Shown here: piece after piece, positions 11,530 to 23,186 of the stretch
How the letters are laid out: each line of letters opens with the position of its first letter
Position numbering within the stretch: position 1 is the first letter of the stretch
Assembly: GCF_001194135.2 (NCBI RefSeq)
Contig: NC_068997.1
Location: 47,092,597-47,156,596, forward strand
Reading direction: 5' to 3'
DNA length: 64,000 nt
Source: Octopus bimaculoides
Lineage: Eukaryota
Notes under the pieces: model-generated
What the model was told of the DNA's origin: nothing
Database searches by the model: none
Seen by the model: the letters and a program-made list of their open reading frames with translations, nothing else
Translations under genes and position numbers: made by a program

Positions 11530-11935
11530 GCAGTCAACGACATTTGAAGCGTTTGAGGGAGGACGTTTGAGGGTTTGTGGAGCGCAAAAAATTGGATTCT
11601 TCACGACGACGATGCACCCTGTTACGAAACTCCCTCACTGATGAGTTTCTCAACAAAAACGACATTGTACCGCTTCCTTACGTGCCCCATTCGCCAGATT
11701 TAGCACCTGAGGACTTGCCCCGAGATGAAAATGCAGCTTGAAGGTCGCCGTTTTAACACTGATGTCGAGATCCAGAGCGAATCTCAGAAGGTCCACGACA
11801 CGCTCACGGATAACGACTTCAGGGATAGATTCCAAAAGTGGCATGAACGCTGGGCCCCGTGTATTGCTGCGTAAGGTCACTATTTCGATGCAGAAGATGT
11901 TAAAACTTAAGTAATTAAGTCATTTTATTAAACAT
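11530..11935 (+). mobile_element. Mariner transposase 3' fragment
   Basis: NWILHDDDAP...LPYVPHSPDLAPED...MKMQLEGRRFNTDVEIQSESQKV...FQKWHERW..CIAA*GHYFD: decayed HDNAP and YSPDLAP-D motifs. Confidence 0.9.
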
Positions 11936-11980
11936 AACTATATATATATATATATACATATATATATACATACATATATA

Positions 11981-12137
11981 CGACAGGCTTCTTTCAGTTT
12001 CCATCTACCAAATTCACTCACAAGGCTTTGGTCGGCCCGAGGCTATAGTAGAAGACACTTGCCCAAGGTACCACGCAGTGGGACTGAACCCGGAACCTTG
12101 TGGTTGGTAAGCAAGTTACTTACCACAGAACCACTCC

Positions 12138-12139
<2 letters not shown>
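11981..12139 (-). mobile_element. SINE family B 5' half, well preserved
   Basis: Reverse complement: ataggagtggttctgtggtaagtaacttgcttacc...gggttcagtcccactgcgtggtaccttgggcaagtgtcttctactatagcc...gaagcctgtcgtata. Confidence 0.9.
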
Positions 12140-12177
<38 letters not shown>

Positions 12178-13498
12178 TGTATGTGTGTGTGTGTGTATAT
12201 ATATATATATNNNNNNNNNNNNNNNNNNNNNNNNNNNNNNNNNNNNNNNNNNNNNNNNNNNNNNNNNNNNNNNNNNNNNNNNNNNNNNNNNNNNNNNNNN
12301 NNNNNNNNNNNNNNNNNNNNNNNNNNNNNNNNNNNNNNNNNNNNNNNNNNNNNNNNNNNNNNNNNNNNNNNNNNNNNNNNNNNNNNNNNNNNNNNNNNNN
12401 NNNNNNNNNNNNNNNNNNNNNNNNNNNNNNNNNNNNNNNNNNNNNNNNNNNNNNNNNNNNNNNNNNNNNNNNNNNNNNNNNNNNNNNNNNNNNNNNNNNN
12501 NNNNNNNNNNNNNNNNNNNNNNNNNNNNNNNNNNNNNNNNNNNNNNNNNNNNNNNNNNNNNNNNNNNNNNNNNNNNNNNNNNNNNNNNNNNNNNNNNNNN
12601 NNNNNNNNNNNNNNNNNNNNNNNNNNNNNNNNNNNNNNNNNNNNNNNNNNNNNNNNNNNNNNNNNNNNNNNNNNNNNNNNNNNNNNNNNNNNNNNNNNNN
12701 NNNNNNNNNNNNNNNNNNNNNNNNNNNNNNNNNNNNNNNNNNNNNNNNNNNNNNNNNNNNNNNNNNNNNNNNNNNNNNNNNNNNNNNNNNNNNNNNNNNN
12801 NNNNNNNNNNNNNNNNNNNNNNNNNNNNNNNNNNNNNNNNNNNNNNNNNNNNNNNNNNNNNNNNNNNNNNNNNNNNNNNNNNNNNNNNNNNNNNNNNNNN
12901 NNNNNNNNNNNNNNNNNTATGTATATATATGTATATACATATATATATGTATATATATGTATATACATATATATATGTATATATATGTATATACATATAT
13001 ATATGTATATATATGTATATACATATATATATGTATATGTATATACATATATATATGTATATGTATATACATATATATATGTATATATGTTTACATATAT
13101 ATATGTATATATATATATACATGCGCACACACACTGACACATACGCATAAATGCATATAAAATTAGACCATTATTTCCAGCCACTATTTCATAATCAACC
13201 TTCTCGTCGGTAGTTTTTCTGTATACTATGTTAAGGAAGTGACACTAGAATGGCTTCCTGCTGCCAAATAGGCAGGAAAGACTAAAACAGCCACATATAA
13301 ACATATACCAGAGATATTTAGATAATCGGACAAGATATAACACACGCATACACACACACACACATACACCCGCTGATACACACTTTGTCTCTTTATCTCT
13401 CTCTCTCTATCTATACCCACTTATACCCATTCATTTAGTTGCTTCAGTCATTGAAGATCGGGTACGTATACATATGAACACACGCGCATACTACCACA

Positions 13499-13572
<74 letters not shown>

Positions 13573-13578
13573 AGAGAG

Positions 13579-14093
13579 GCTAAGTAGCTAGTTAGAAAAT
13601 CTCTGCAAGAGATGAAAGCAGTAATTAAACTGAGAAGTGATGTTTATCGCGCCGTTAACATGACTGTTCTGTAGGAACCGACGTTATTACGATTTTAACC
13701 CCAAGAGTACCCTGCTTCCAGCTGGTTCTTCGATGCGATCTGCCTCCGATATATATATATATTGCAAGTAGGTAAGCGAACCCCTACCACCTTCCAGCGA
13801 CGTGACGACCTTCCTGTACGGTTTCGAGCTATTTGTGCTCATCCTCAGTGATTGATACTCGTTCACTAGAGTTCGTAGTAGTTCGTTCCAGCCCGCAATA
13901 TTGAGAAACGTAAGTGACAACCAGTCGCTGATCTTGCAACAAGCAAAGTAACGAGTTAAAACATCTCTGTAAGAGATGAAAGCAGTATCTATACTGAGAG
14001 GTAATGCTTATCGCCACGTCAACATGGCTGCTCCGTAGGAACCCATGTTACTTCCATTTTAACTCTAGGAGGACGCTTCCTCCTGCTGGTTAG
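13579..14093. repeat. Diverged direct repeat, about 150 bp x2 (13579-13728 and 13943-14093), period 364 bp
   Basis: atctctgcaagagatgaaagcagta...gtaggaacc...ttttaac...gctggtt versus atctctgtaagagatgaaagcagta...gtaggaacc...ttttaac...gctggtt. Confidence 0.85.
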
Positions 14094-14445
14094 TTTATGC
14101 AATGTGCATACGATATATATATATATANNNNNNNNNNNNNNNNNNNNNNNNNNNNNNNNNNNNNNNNNNNNNNNNNNNNNNNNNNNNNNNNNNNNNNNNN
14201 NNNNNNNNNNNNNNNNNNNNNNNNNNNNNNNNNNNNNNNNNNNNNNNNNNNNNNNNNNNNNNNNNNNNNNNNNNNNNNNNNNNNNNNNNNNNNNNNNNNN
14301 NNNNNNNNNNNNNNNNNNNNNNNNNNNNNNNNNNNNNNNNNNNNNNNNNNNNNNNNNNNNNNNNNNNNNNNNNNNNNNNNNNNNNNNNNNNNNNNNNNNN
14401 NNNNNNNNNNNNNNNNNNNNNNNNNNNNNNNNNNNNNNNNNNNNN

Positions 14446-14480
<35 letters not shown>

Positions 14481-14482
<2 letters not shown>

Positions 14483-14682
14483 TTGGCGATTTTCTTTCTC
14501 CATCTTCCCTTTTTTGGACCTTTTCTATATTTCTGATGAAGACCTCCGCTCGAAACGTGAAATCCTCTTTCTTTTCTTTCCATTCCTAATCGTCCAATAA
14601 CACTCTACTTATTCCACGTCCTCGCGTTGTTGTGTTGTTGTTTTTTCGTGTTATTTCGTGCTTGTTCATGTTTGGATTGCCT
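14481..14682 (+). mobile_element. Short (~200 bp) non-autonomous element with a minimal hammerhead motif; sister copy at 62915-63110
   Basis: CUGAUGA 14533-14539 and GAAACGU 14552-14558. Shares gttggYgatt, cgtcNaNtaa and cacgtcctc..ttgtt blocks with 62915-63110. Confidence 0.55.
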
Positions 14683-14904
14683 ATATATATATATATATAC
14701 ACATACGTGTGTGTGTGTGTCTGTATATATACATTACATCTTAGATATATCTATATATATTATATATATATATAATATATTATATAGTTTATATATACTA
14801 CGTATTGTATATTTTATATATATCAAACATAAATTGAAAACAGAACACGAAGGATACCGTGTCTACATATATATTATATATATATATATATGGATACCGT
14901 GTCT

Positions 14905-14964
<60 letters not shown>

Positions 14965-15088
14965 GTGTGTATATAAATGCATGGACGTACTTAAATATAT
15001 ATAAGTATATTATTGTTTATAATAACATCAGTGACTTAGTATGCGTAAAAAACCTATAAAGGTAAAAATTATATAGATAAATTATATA

Positions 15089-15126
<38 letters not shown>

Positions 15127-15509
15127 CACGCATGTATATATGCACACACACATATATACGCACTCACACATCTATACGTATATATACACATACATTTATA
15201 TGTACATGTTTAATAATATATATTTTCACATGATACCGCACCTGTATGATAGTTGATATCTCATTTCTATTAAACTCGACTTTATTTACAGCGTTCCCGT
15301 CTCCGTTGTAGCTCATTAACCAGTCTTAAACTTGATATTTCTTCATTCATATTAAGAATTCCCGCTTACTCGTGTTGCCTGATTGTATGATAGAATTATT
15401 CTTAACAACATTGGGAAATATAATTCTACTTGGTAAAGGAGTTGGGCAAACATGTCTGTTTCGTTTTTAAGGGAAAAGGAGACAAGTCTTAAACGCAAAG
15501 CAATTTGCA

Positions 15510-16190
15510 AGCGTCGGCTTTGCTTTTCATCCTTTTGAGGTCAATAAAGGTAGTACCAGTTAAACACTGGGATAGATATAATCAACTTGCTCACCTCTAG
15601 AATTGCTGGCCTTGTGCCAAAGTTTGAAAATAATATTTACATACAGAGTTCAGGTGGCGAGCTGATAGACTCATTAGAACGCACTCCCAAAAGAAGTGCT
15701 TCGCGTCATCTCGTTTGTCTTTACGTTCTGAGTTCAAATTCTGCCGAGGCAGTAAAATAAATACTAGTTGAGCACTGGGGTCGATGTAAACGACTTCGCG
15801 TCCCCCAGAAGGAGCAAGAAGGCAATCTTTTGTCCGTCTTTACGTTCTAAATTGAAAATCCGTTTCTGTCGACTTTGCATTTCATCCTTTGGAGATCGAT
15901 AAAACACTAAGGTCGGTAGACTCAACTTATCCATTCTCCGAAATTGCAGGCCTTGTGCAACAATTTGAAGCCAATATTTATACATCAAGTTAAGAGGGCG
16001 AGCCGAAGTAAATGTTTAGCGGCATTTAGTCCGTCTTTACATGTTCTGAGTTGAAATTCTGCCGAGGTCGACTTTGCCTTTCATCTTTTCTGTATCGATA
16101 AAATATATACCAGTCGATCACTGCAGTGGATGTAACTGACTTATCTCCACACGCTAGATTGCTGGCCTTGTGCTGAAATTTGAAAAAACA
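15510..16190 (+). mobile_element. Tandem cluster of four same-orientation family A SINE copies or fragments
   Basis: Repeated central domain (gactttgcctttcatc) and tail (gctggccttgtgc..aatttgaa) in units at about 15510-15630, 15652-15810, 15830-15972 and 15995-16187. Confidence 0.85.
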
Positions 16191-16374
16191 CTGTTTTTTT
16201 TTACCTCCAAATGATTTTCCCTCAAACAGTCTGCAATTTGAATGCTTCCGTATGTATATATATGTGCGTATGTATGTATATGCTATATATATGTTAGTAG
16301 TATCCATATAATGCTTGTATGTATTTACATTCATGTATGCATAATGTATATATTCATACACATATGTATGTATG

Positions 16375-16421
<47 letters not shown>

Positions 16422-16912
16422 NNNNNNNNNNATATATATATATATATATGTATGTACGTATGCCTGTATACCTGTAATTTTTGTCTGTCTTTATCTATCT
16501 ATCTATCTATCTACATACTTTTACACGTGCACACAGACAAGTATATACACTCACACACGTTCACACACTCTCACACATGTATATAAGCATATATTACATA
16601 TATATATATGTATATGTGTGTGTGTGTGTGTGTACTCACACACTCACACACACACATATATACTCGCACACTTACACACGCGTACATATATACCTACATC
16701 TATTAGCCTGTCAAGATTTGGAGATAAACAAAATGTTTTAATCTCCAAGCTAAACAATTCTTGCTACTCTTTATTCATTATTCAGACTTTTCTGTTTAAA
16801 AAGTCACACAGGAAATCCTCGTTGCAGAAAGAAAATCTTATAAGTCTTTAAGTTTCGGTGAAAAGGGTTTTCTTCGTTTTAGTAAATCCTGTAAGTATAA
16901 TCGAAATAACTG

Positions 16913-17226
16913 CAGCAGCAACAACAACAACAACGACGACAACAACAACAATGACAAGAACAACGATGATGACGACGACGACGGTGATGATGATGATGAT
17001 GATAGAACGATGATGGTGATGGTGATGATGATGATGATAATCAGGAGGAGGAGGAGCACGAGGTGGAGGATTATGTAGACAATGACGTTGATGATGGTGA
17101 TGATGAGATGGTTGCTACTGCTGCTGCTGCTGATGATGATAGAATGATGATGATGATGATGATTGAACAATGATGATGCCTATGATGATGATGATGAGGA
17201 GGAGGATGCTGATGATGATGATGATA
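16913..17226. repeat. Mosaic trinucleotide low-complexity tract (CAG/CAA/GAC/GAT/GAG)
   Basis: Directly visible; register shifts several times. Confidence 0.9.
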
Positions 17227-17947
17227 CAAACGAAAACTGTATCAAAGAATATAGCGTCTTTTTAAATCTTAATTTGAACTTTAAAGATCTGAAAAGATAT
17301 ACAGATGAGGAATGGACTTAGAAAGGATCGATGGCAGTAAAAAAGGAAAAATATATGTTTGAACAAAATAGCCCTAAGTCTAACGGTTATATACAGCCAC
17401 CAAGAAGATAGATAAAACCAAAGTTAAAAGTGTTTATTAGCAAAAAAAATATACCATATGTTAAAGAAAGATGAACTTGAATAGGAAAATAAGAGGAAAA
17501 CACAGAGAATATAGCTCTCTGATTTTAAAATCAAAGTCATATAAACACACACATACATGTATATATTCATACAGGCATACATATGTATAGATACATGCAT
17601 ACACCTAGATAAGCACACATACAGACGGATATGCAACAGGAGTGAACTGAAGAAGAGGTAGTCAATACCAGGGGAAAATATGGAGTTATAAATATTTATT
17701 ATTTAAATTACATCTCGTAACTGATATAAGTTATGGTTACTGTCACTGGTTTTTGTCTGTAGATATGTTCCCAGTCACCTACAGGTCTGGTTCTAATCAG
17801 AAGAATGCAAACAAAAAAGACAAAAAAAAAGAAGAAAAGAAAATCAAACAAAAGAGACAAAGCTTCAGCCTTCTTGAAAGAATACCTCTAGGAAAGCGAC
17901 AAGCTATTTGTCATGTGAGGTTAACTGTATTTTACATTACACACACA

Positions 17948-17982
<35 letters not shown>

Positions 17983-18082
17983 NNNNNNNNNNNNNNNNNN
18001 NNNNNNNNNNNNNNNNNNNNNNNNNNNNNNNNNNNNNNNNNNNNNNNNNNNNNNNNNNNNNNNNNNNNNNNNNNNNNNNNNN

Positions 18083-18147
18083 AATCGAAACCGCGATCCT
18101 CCGACCGCGAGTCCGCTGCCCTAACCATTGGGTCATTGCGCCTCCAC
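18083..18147 (-). mobile_element. SINE family C tRNA-like head
   Basis: Reverse complement gtggaggcgcaatgacccaatggttagggcagcggactcgcggtcggaggatcgcggtttcgatt; the rest runs into the N gap. Confidence 0.75.
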
Positions 18148-18167
18148 ATGTATAAATATATAAATAA

Positions 18168-18198
<31 letters not shown>

Positions 18199-18212
18199 CA
18201 TGCTTACATACA

Positions 18213-18253
<41 letters not shown>

Positions 18254-18757
18254 GCATGTATATGCATATACACACATGTCATATAAACTAGTCTATATTA
18301 CTTAAACGATAGTGAACGCGATGTCTAAACAAAAATATATTTACATATATTTGGAGCATAGCATCTAGAAATTAATATACAAAGTGGTACAAACGCAAAT
18401 CAACGACCGAGACACATTAAAATGAATATATGGATTAGACTCAATTCCCTGTGCCTTTTAAACTCAATGTATATATTAGGCTTAACGTTATTAAGTACCA
18501 CGTGACGGGAGTTCGATTCTATAATACATTAAATATAAGAGAAAATTATGACAGAATTAATTCGTTGTGCGTTTTAGCTCATTGTCCTTTTGCAGGGAGG
18601 GAAATGTGTGTGTGTGTGTGTGTGTGGGTGTGTCTGTGTGTATGTAAGTGTGTGTGCACGCGCGCGCGTGCGAGTACTGTTTGCTTCTAATGATTGAGAA
18701 AATCATTACATTATTTCGTGTGAGTGAAGACAATGAATAATGAATATATGCATATAT

Positions 18758-20151
18758 ATATATATAAATCTAAAGTTGTGTGTCCGTGTGAAGCCTTTTT
18801 GAATGTTTATAGAAATCCACATTTTCCACTTTTTCGTAAAAATTTTTACATCAATGGAATTTTCTCGATGTGAACTTTCCAGTGCAGGAATTAGATTTTT
18901 AAAATTCCGTTTACTTTGTGTGATTTAAGGGAGATTTGGCTGTTGTTTCCAGCAACTTTTATATTTCATCCCTTCTACCTGGAACGTCATTCTTACACAC
19001 GCGCTCAACATAAAAATATAGAGAGNNNNNNNNNNNNNNNNNNNNNNNNNNNNNNNNNNNNNNNNNNNNNNNNNNNNNNNNNNNNNNNNNNNNNNNNNNN
19101 NNNNNNNNNNNNNNNNNNNNNNNNNNNNNNNNNNNNNNNNNNNNNNNNNNNNNNNNNNNNNNNNNNNNNNNNNNNNNNNNNNNNNNNNNNNNNNNNNNNN
19201 NNNNNNNNNNNNNNNNNNNNNNNNNNNNNNNNNNNNNNNNNNNNNNNNNNNNNNNNNNNNNNNNNNNNNNNNNNNNNNNNNNNNNNNNNNNNNNNNNNNN
19301 NNNNNNNNNNNNNNNNNNNNNNNNNNNNNNNNNNNNNNNNNNNNNNNNNNNNNNNNNNNNNNNNNNNNNNNNNNNNNNNNNNNNNNNNNNNNNNNNNNNN
19401 NNNNNNNNNNNNNNNNNNNNNNNNNNNNNNNNNNNNNNNNNNNNNNNNNNNNNNNNNNNNNNNNNNNNNNNNNNNNNNNNNNNNNNNNNNNNNNNNNNNN
19501 NNNNNNNNNNNNNNNNNNNNNNNNNNNNNNNNNNNNNNNNNNNNNNNNNNNNNNNNNNNNNNNNNNNNNNNNNNNNNNNNNNNNNNNNNNNNNNNNNNNN
19601 NNNNNNNNNNNNNNNNNNNNNNNNNNNNNNNNNNNNNNNNNNNNNNNNNNNNNNNNNNNNNNNNNNNNNNNNNNNNNNNNNNNNNNNNNNNNNNNNNNNN
19701 NNNNNNNNNNNNNNNTAATGAAGTAATAGGCAGTGAAGAGAAGCAGTCATAAGAAAACTTTTAACTACCCCTATTCCTTTCTCTCCCCCTCTCTACCTCT
19801 TCCTCTCTCGCTCTCTCAAAAGCATACACGTGCAAGTACACAATCATTCAGTAAAATATAACTCATGTTCGTCAATGTTTTGTAAATTTACCACGATTTT
19901 CACTAGGGTGTTAGGGTTAGGGTTTTAGGGTCAGGGTTTAGGATTAATGCTACGGTTACGTTTTTTAGGGTTAGGGTTAGGGTTAGGGTTTAGGGTTAGT
20001 GTTAGGGTTAGTGTTAGGGTTAGTGTTATGATTACATCATAAGGGCTTTTTCGTTGTAAGGCTTTCTTTTTTTAGTTGATTTTCAGCTAGCAAGATTTAT
20101 CGTAGATGGCATAAGAAGTCACACCCGGACAAGGTCGGTTTATACTGCTAG
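18758..20151 (+). mobile_element. Putative non-autonomous Helitron spanning a gap and containing TTAGGG-like repeats
   Basis: 5' tatatataaatctaaagttgtgtgtccgtgtg resembles Helitron-type starts. The 3' end cacccggacaaggtcggtttatactgCTAG-t has an imperfect hairpin and CTAG at 20148-20151. Continuity across the 19026-19715 gap is unproven. Confidence 0.5.
19903..20028 (+). repeat. Interstitial telomere-like repeat (TTAGGG)n with TTTAGGG and TTAGTG variants
   Basis: ttagggttagggttagggttagggtttagggttagtgttagggttagtgttaggg. Confidence 0.9.
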
Positions 20152-20238
20152 TATATATATATATATAAATGTATGGATAGATTCATGCATGTATGTATGT
20201 ACGTATACTGGATATGTGTAGATACATATATCCGTATA

Positions 20239-20280
<42 letters not shown>

Positions 20281-20336
20281 CATTATACATATTTATGTAT
20301 GTCTAAAAGTAGATATATATATATATGAGCGTGTGC

Positions 20337-20391
<55 letters not shown>

Positions 20392-20469
20392 NNNNNNNNN
20401 NNNNNNNNNNNNNNNNNNNNNNNNNNNNNNNNNNNNNNNNNNNNNNNNNNNNNNNNNNNNNNNNNNNNN

Positions 20470-20533
<64 letters not shown>

Positions 20534-20882
20534 GGAGTATACATGCGTTTCCCTTGTACGTGTACCATGGTTATTTACATATGTACGTATATCGGCGTCT
20601 CTTTGTGTGGACGTATGTGTGTACGAGCTAACGTAGTGAATATTTTAGAAATAGATGTCTATGCTGTTTTCAAATGAAGATTGTAAAGCGTGTTTGTCAT
20701 GCAAAGTGTGAAATGGATTGATATTGAAATATGTATTACTTATCGATGTATTCAAAGCGAAGGTAAGCCTATTTCTGAAGTGTTAATTGCATTGCAGATG
20801 TGTAACTTTATGGCAACTTGTACGATGTTTTCTGGAGCAAGGGCTTTCATTTTAGCAAGTGGCATTATATATACTACCTAAT

Positions 20883-20920
<38 letters not shown>

Positions 20921-20940
20921 TTTAAGCTTTTACTTTCTTT

Positions 20941-21150
20941 TATTCTTTTACTTGTTTCAGTCATTTGACTGCGGCCATGCTGGAGCACCGCCTTGAAAGG
21001 TTTTAATGGAACAAATCGACCCCAGAAGCTTAGTACTTATTCTATCAGTGAATTTTGTCGAACCGCTAGGTTACAGGGGCGTAAACGCACTAACACCGGT
21101 GGTCAAGCGGTGATGAGGAGACACACACAAACAGAAAGACACACACACAC
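20941..21150 (-). mobile_element. SINE family B 3' half
   Basis: ttgtttcagtcatttgactgcggccatgctggagcaccgcc...agtacttattctatc...gaaccgctaggttac is the reverse complement of 29862-30060. Confidence 0.9.
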
Positions 21151-22344
21151 ACACATATATATNNNNNNNNNNNNNNNNNNNNNNNNNNNNNNNNNNNNNN
21201 NNNNNNNNNNNNNNNNNNNNNNNNNNNNNNNNNNNNNNNNNNNNNNNNNNNNNNNNNNNNNNNNNNNNNNNNNNNNNNNNNNNNNNNNNNNNNNNNNNNN
21301 NNNNNNNNNNNNNNNNNNNNNNNNNNNNNNNNNNNNNNNNNNNNNNNNNNNNNNNNNNNNNNNNNNNNNNNNNNNNNNNNNNNNNNNNTATACATATATA
21401 TATATATATATGCATATATACATATATATATATACATATGTATATACATACATATACATATATATATACATACATATACATATATATATACATATATATA
21501 CATATATATATACATATATATACATATATATATACATATATATACATATATATATACATACATATACATATACATATATATATACATACATATATACATA
21601 CATATACACATACATATATATACATATATATGCATATATATATATGTGTGTGTGTGTGTATATATAAGGCATATTAATAAACAATCTTGCCACATTTCAT
21701 TTTGTTTAGAACCTTCTCAATGTCCTCTCTCTTTCCCTCCTCTCTCTCTCTCACTCACTCATCTCTCTTTGTACATACGGACATTCATACATACAGTATG
21801 ACGGAGTGAGCGCAGTTGTTGTGAAAAGGAGAGCGATGCGCTGTTTGTTAAAATAGGATTGGCTAATAGTTTCTGATGACCCTGTCATATTGACTATGAA
21901 CTTATCACCAAAACCTTATATTACAAATATAGAAATACCTTTTACAACGATGCTTTCTGACATCTTTTATTAAACCTATCTGATCTTATTGAATACTTCA
22001 ATATGACTTATTTCTAATGATTCACATTTAGTTATGTTCGCAGTTAATAATTGTATTGAAAACCAGCAGACGACCGACTTGCTATGATACGTGTCGCTGC
22101 TTTGATTTGATGCTTTGCTAGGTCTAGTTACTACAAATTACACGTTATATTTGCCAGATCACTCACAAACGATAACTGATATTTTCTAGACGTCCGTTTG
22201 TTTGTTGTGCGGTATTTTATGTTCTTTTGCTCATCCCTAACGAGGAGCGAAGCTTGAAACTTTATATATAATACTCGTTTTAATATAAACGTGCTTTTCC
22301 ATATTTCTTATGAAATCATCCTAAAAATAGTCAAGCTAGTAATA

Positions 22345-23186
22345 TTGATTTCAATTTTTAGCGCAGGGGCAGCAATATCTGGGGAGCGGTTAGGTCGATT
22401 ACATCGACTTCATAACTCAACTTGTACTTTATTTTATCGACGTTAAGAGGATGAAAAGTAAAGTCGACCTTGGCGGAATTTGAACTCAGACCGAAAAAAG
22501 GGACGAAATGCTGCTAAGCGTTTTGTCCGGCGTCCTAATGATTCTTTTCTACTCTAGGTACAACGCCCGAAATTTTGGGGGAGGGGGCCAGTCGATTAGA
22601 TCGACCCCAGTACGCAACTGGTACTTCGACTCCTAAAGGATGAAAGGCAAAGTCGACCTCAGAGGAATTTGAACTCAGAACGTAACAGCAGAAGAAATAC
22701 CACTCAGCACTTAGTCAAGCTAATAATATTATCCTTATATCTTATCTTCACGTTCTGGGTTCAAATTGCGCCCGAGTCCGACTTTGCCTTTTATCTTTCG
22801 GGGTCGATAATAAAATATATACCAGTTGAACACTGGATGGGAGTAATCAGCTTACCCCTCCCTAGAAATTGCTCACCTTATGCCAAAATTTGAAATCGCT
22901 ATTATCCTTCGTTTATAGGTAGTGAGCTAGCAGAGTCGTTAGTAAACCGGACAAAATGCTGAGGTGCATTTCATTCATCTTTACGTTCTGAGTTCAAATT
23001 CCACTGGGCGAAATGCTTAGCGGTATTTCGTCCGTCTTTGCGTTCTGAGTTCAAATTCCGCCGAGGTCGACTTTACCTTTCATCCTTTCGGAGTCGATAA
23101 ATTAGTTACCAGTTGCATGCTGGGGTTGATCTAATCGACTGGCCCCCTTCCCCCAAGATTTCGGACCTTGTGCCTAGAGTAGAAAC
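22345..23186. mobile_element. Cluster of five family A SINEs: two minus (22345-22546, 22547-22725), then three plus (22742-22897, 22917-23006, 23006-23186)
   Basis: B-boxes (gaatttgaactc on minus, gRgttcaaatt on plus), central domain and both tail types are visible. Confidence 0.9.

Noticed and set aside
16812-16890. Possible exon EILVAERKSYKSLSFGEKGFLRFSKS before GTAAGT
   Set aside because: Poor polypyrimidine tract and no homology recognised.
16913-17226. Acidic Asn/Asp-rich ORF-like tract
   Set aside because: The trinucleotide register shifts repeatedly, as in neutral simple repeats.
18083-18147. tRNA gene-like sequence (also 30165-30226, 48338-48410, 60492-60560)
   Set aside because: No complete cloverleaf or 3' acceptor strand; where visible, these run into SINE body or truncate after the B-box.
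20715-20761. Strong donor AAG|GTAAGC with the peptide VKWIDIEICITYRCIQSE
   Set aside because: No good acceptor upstream, and all frames are closed within about 75 nt.
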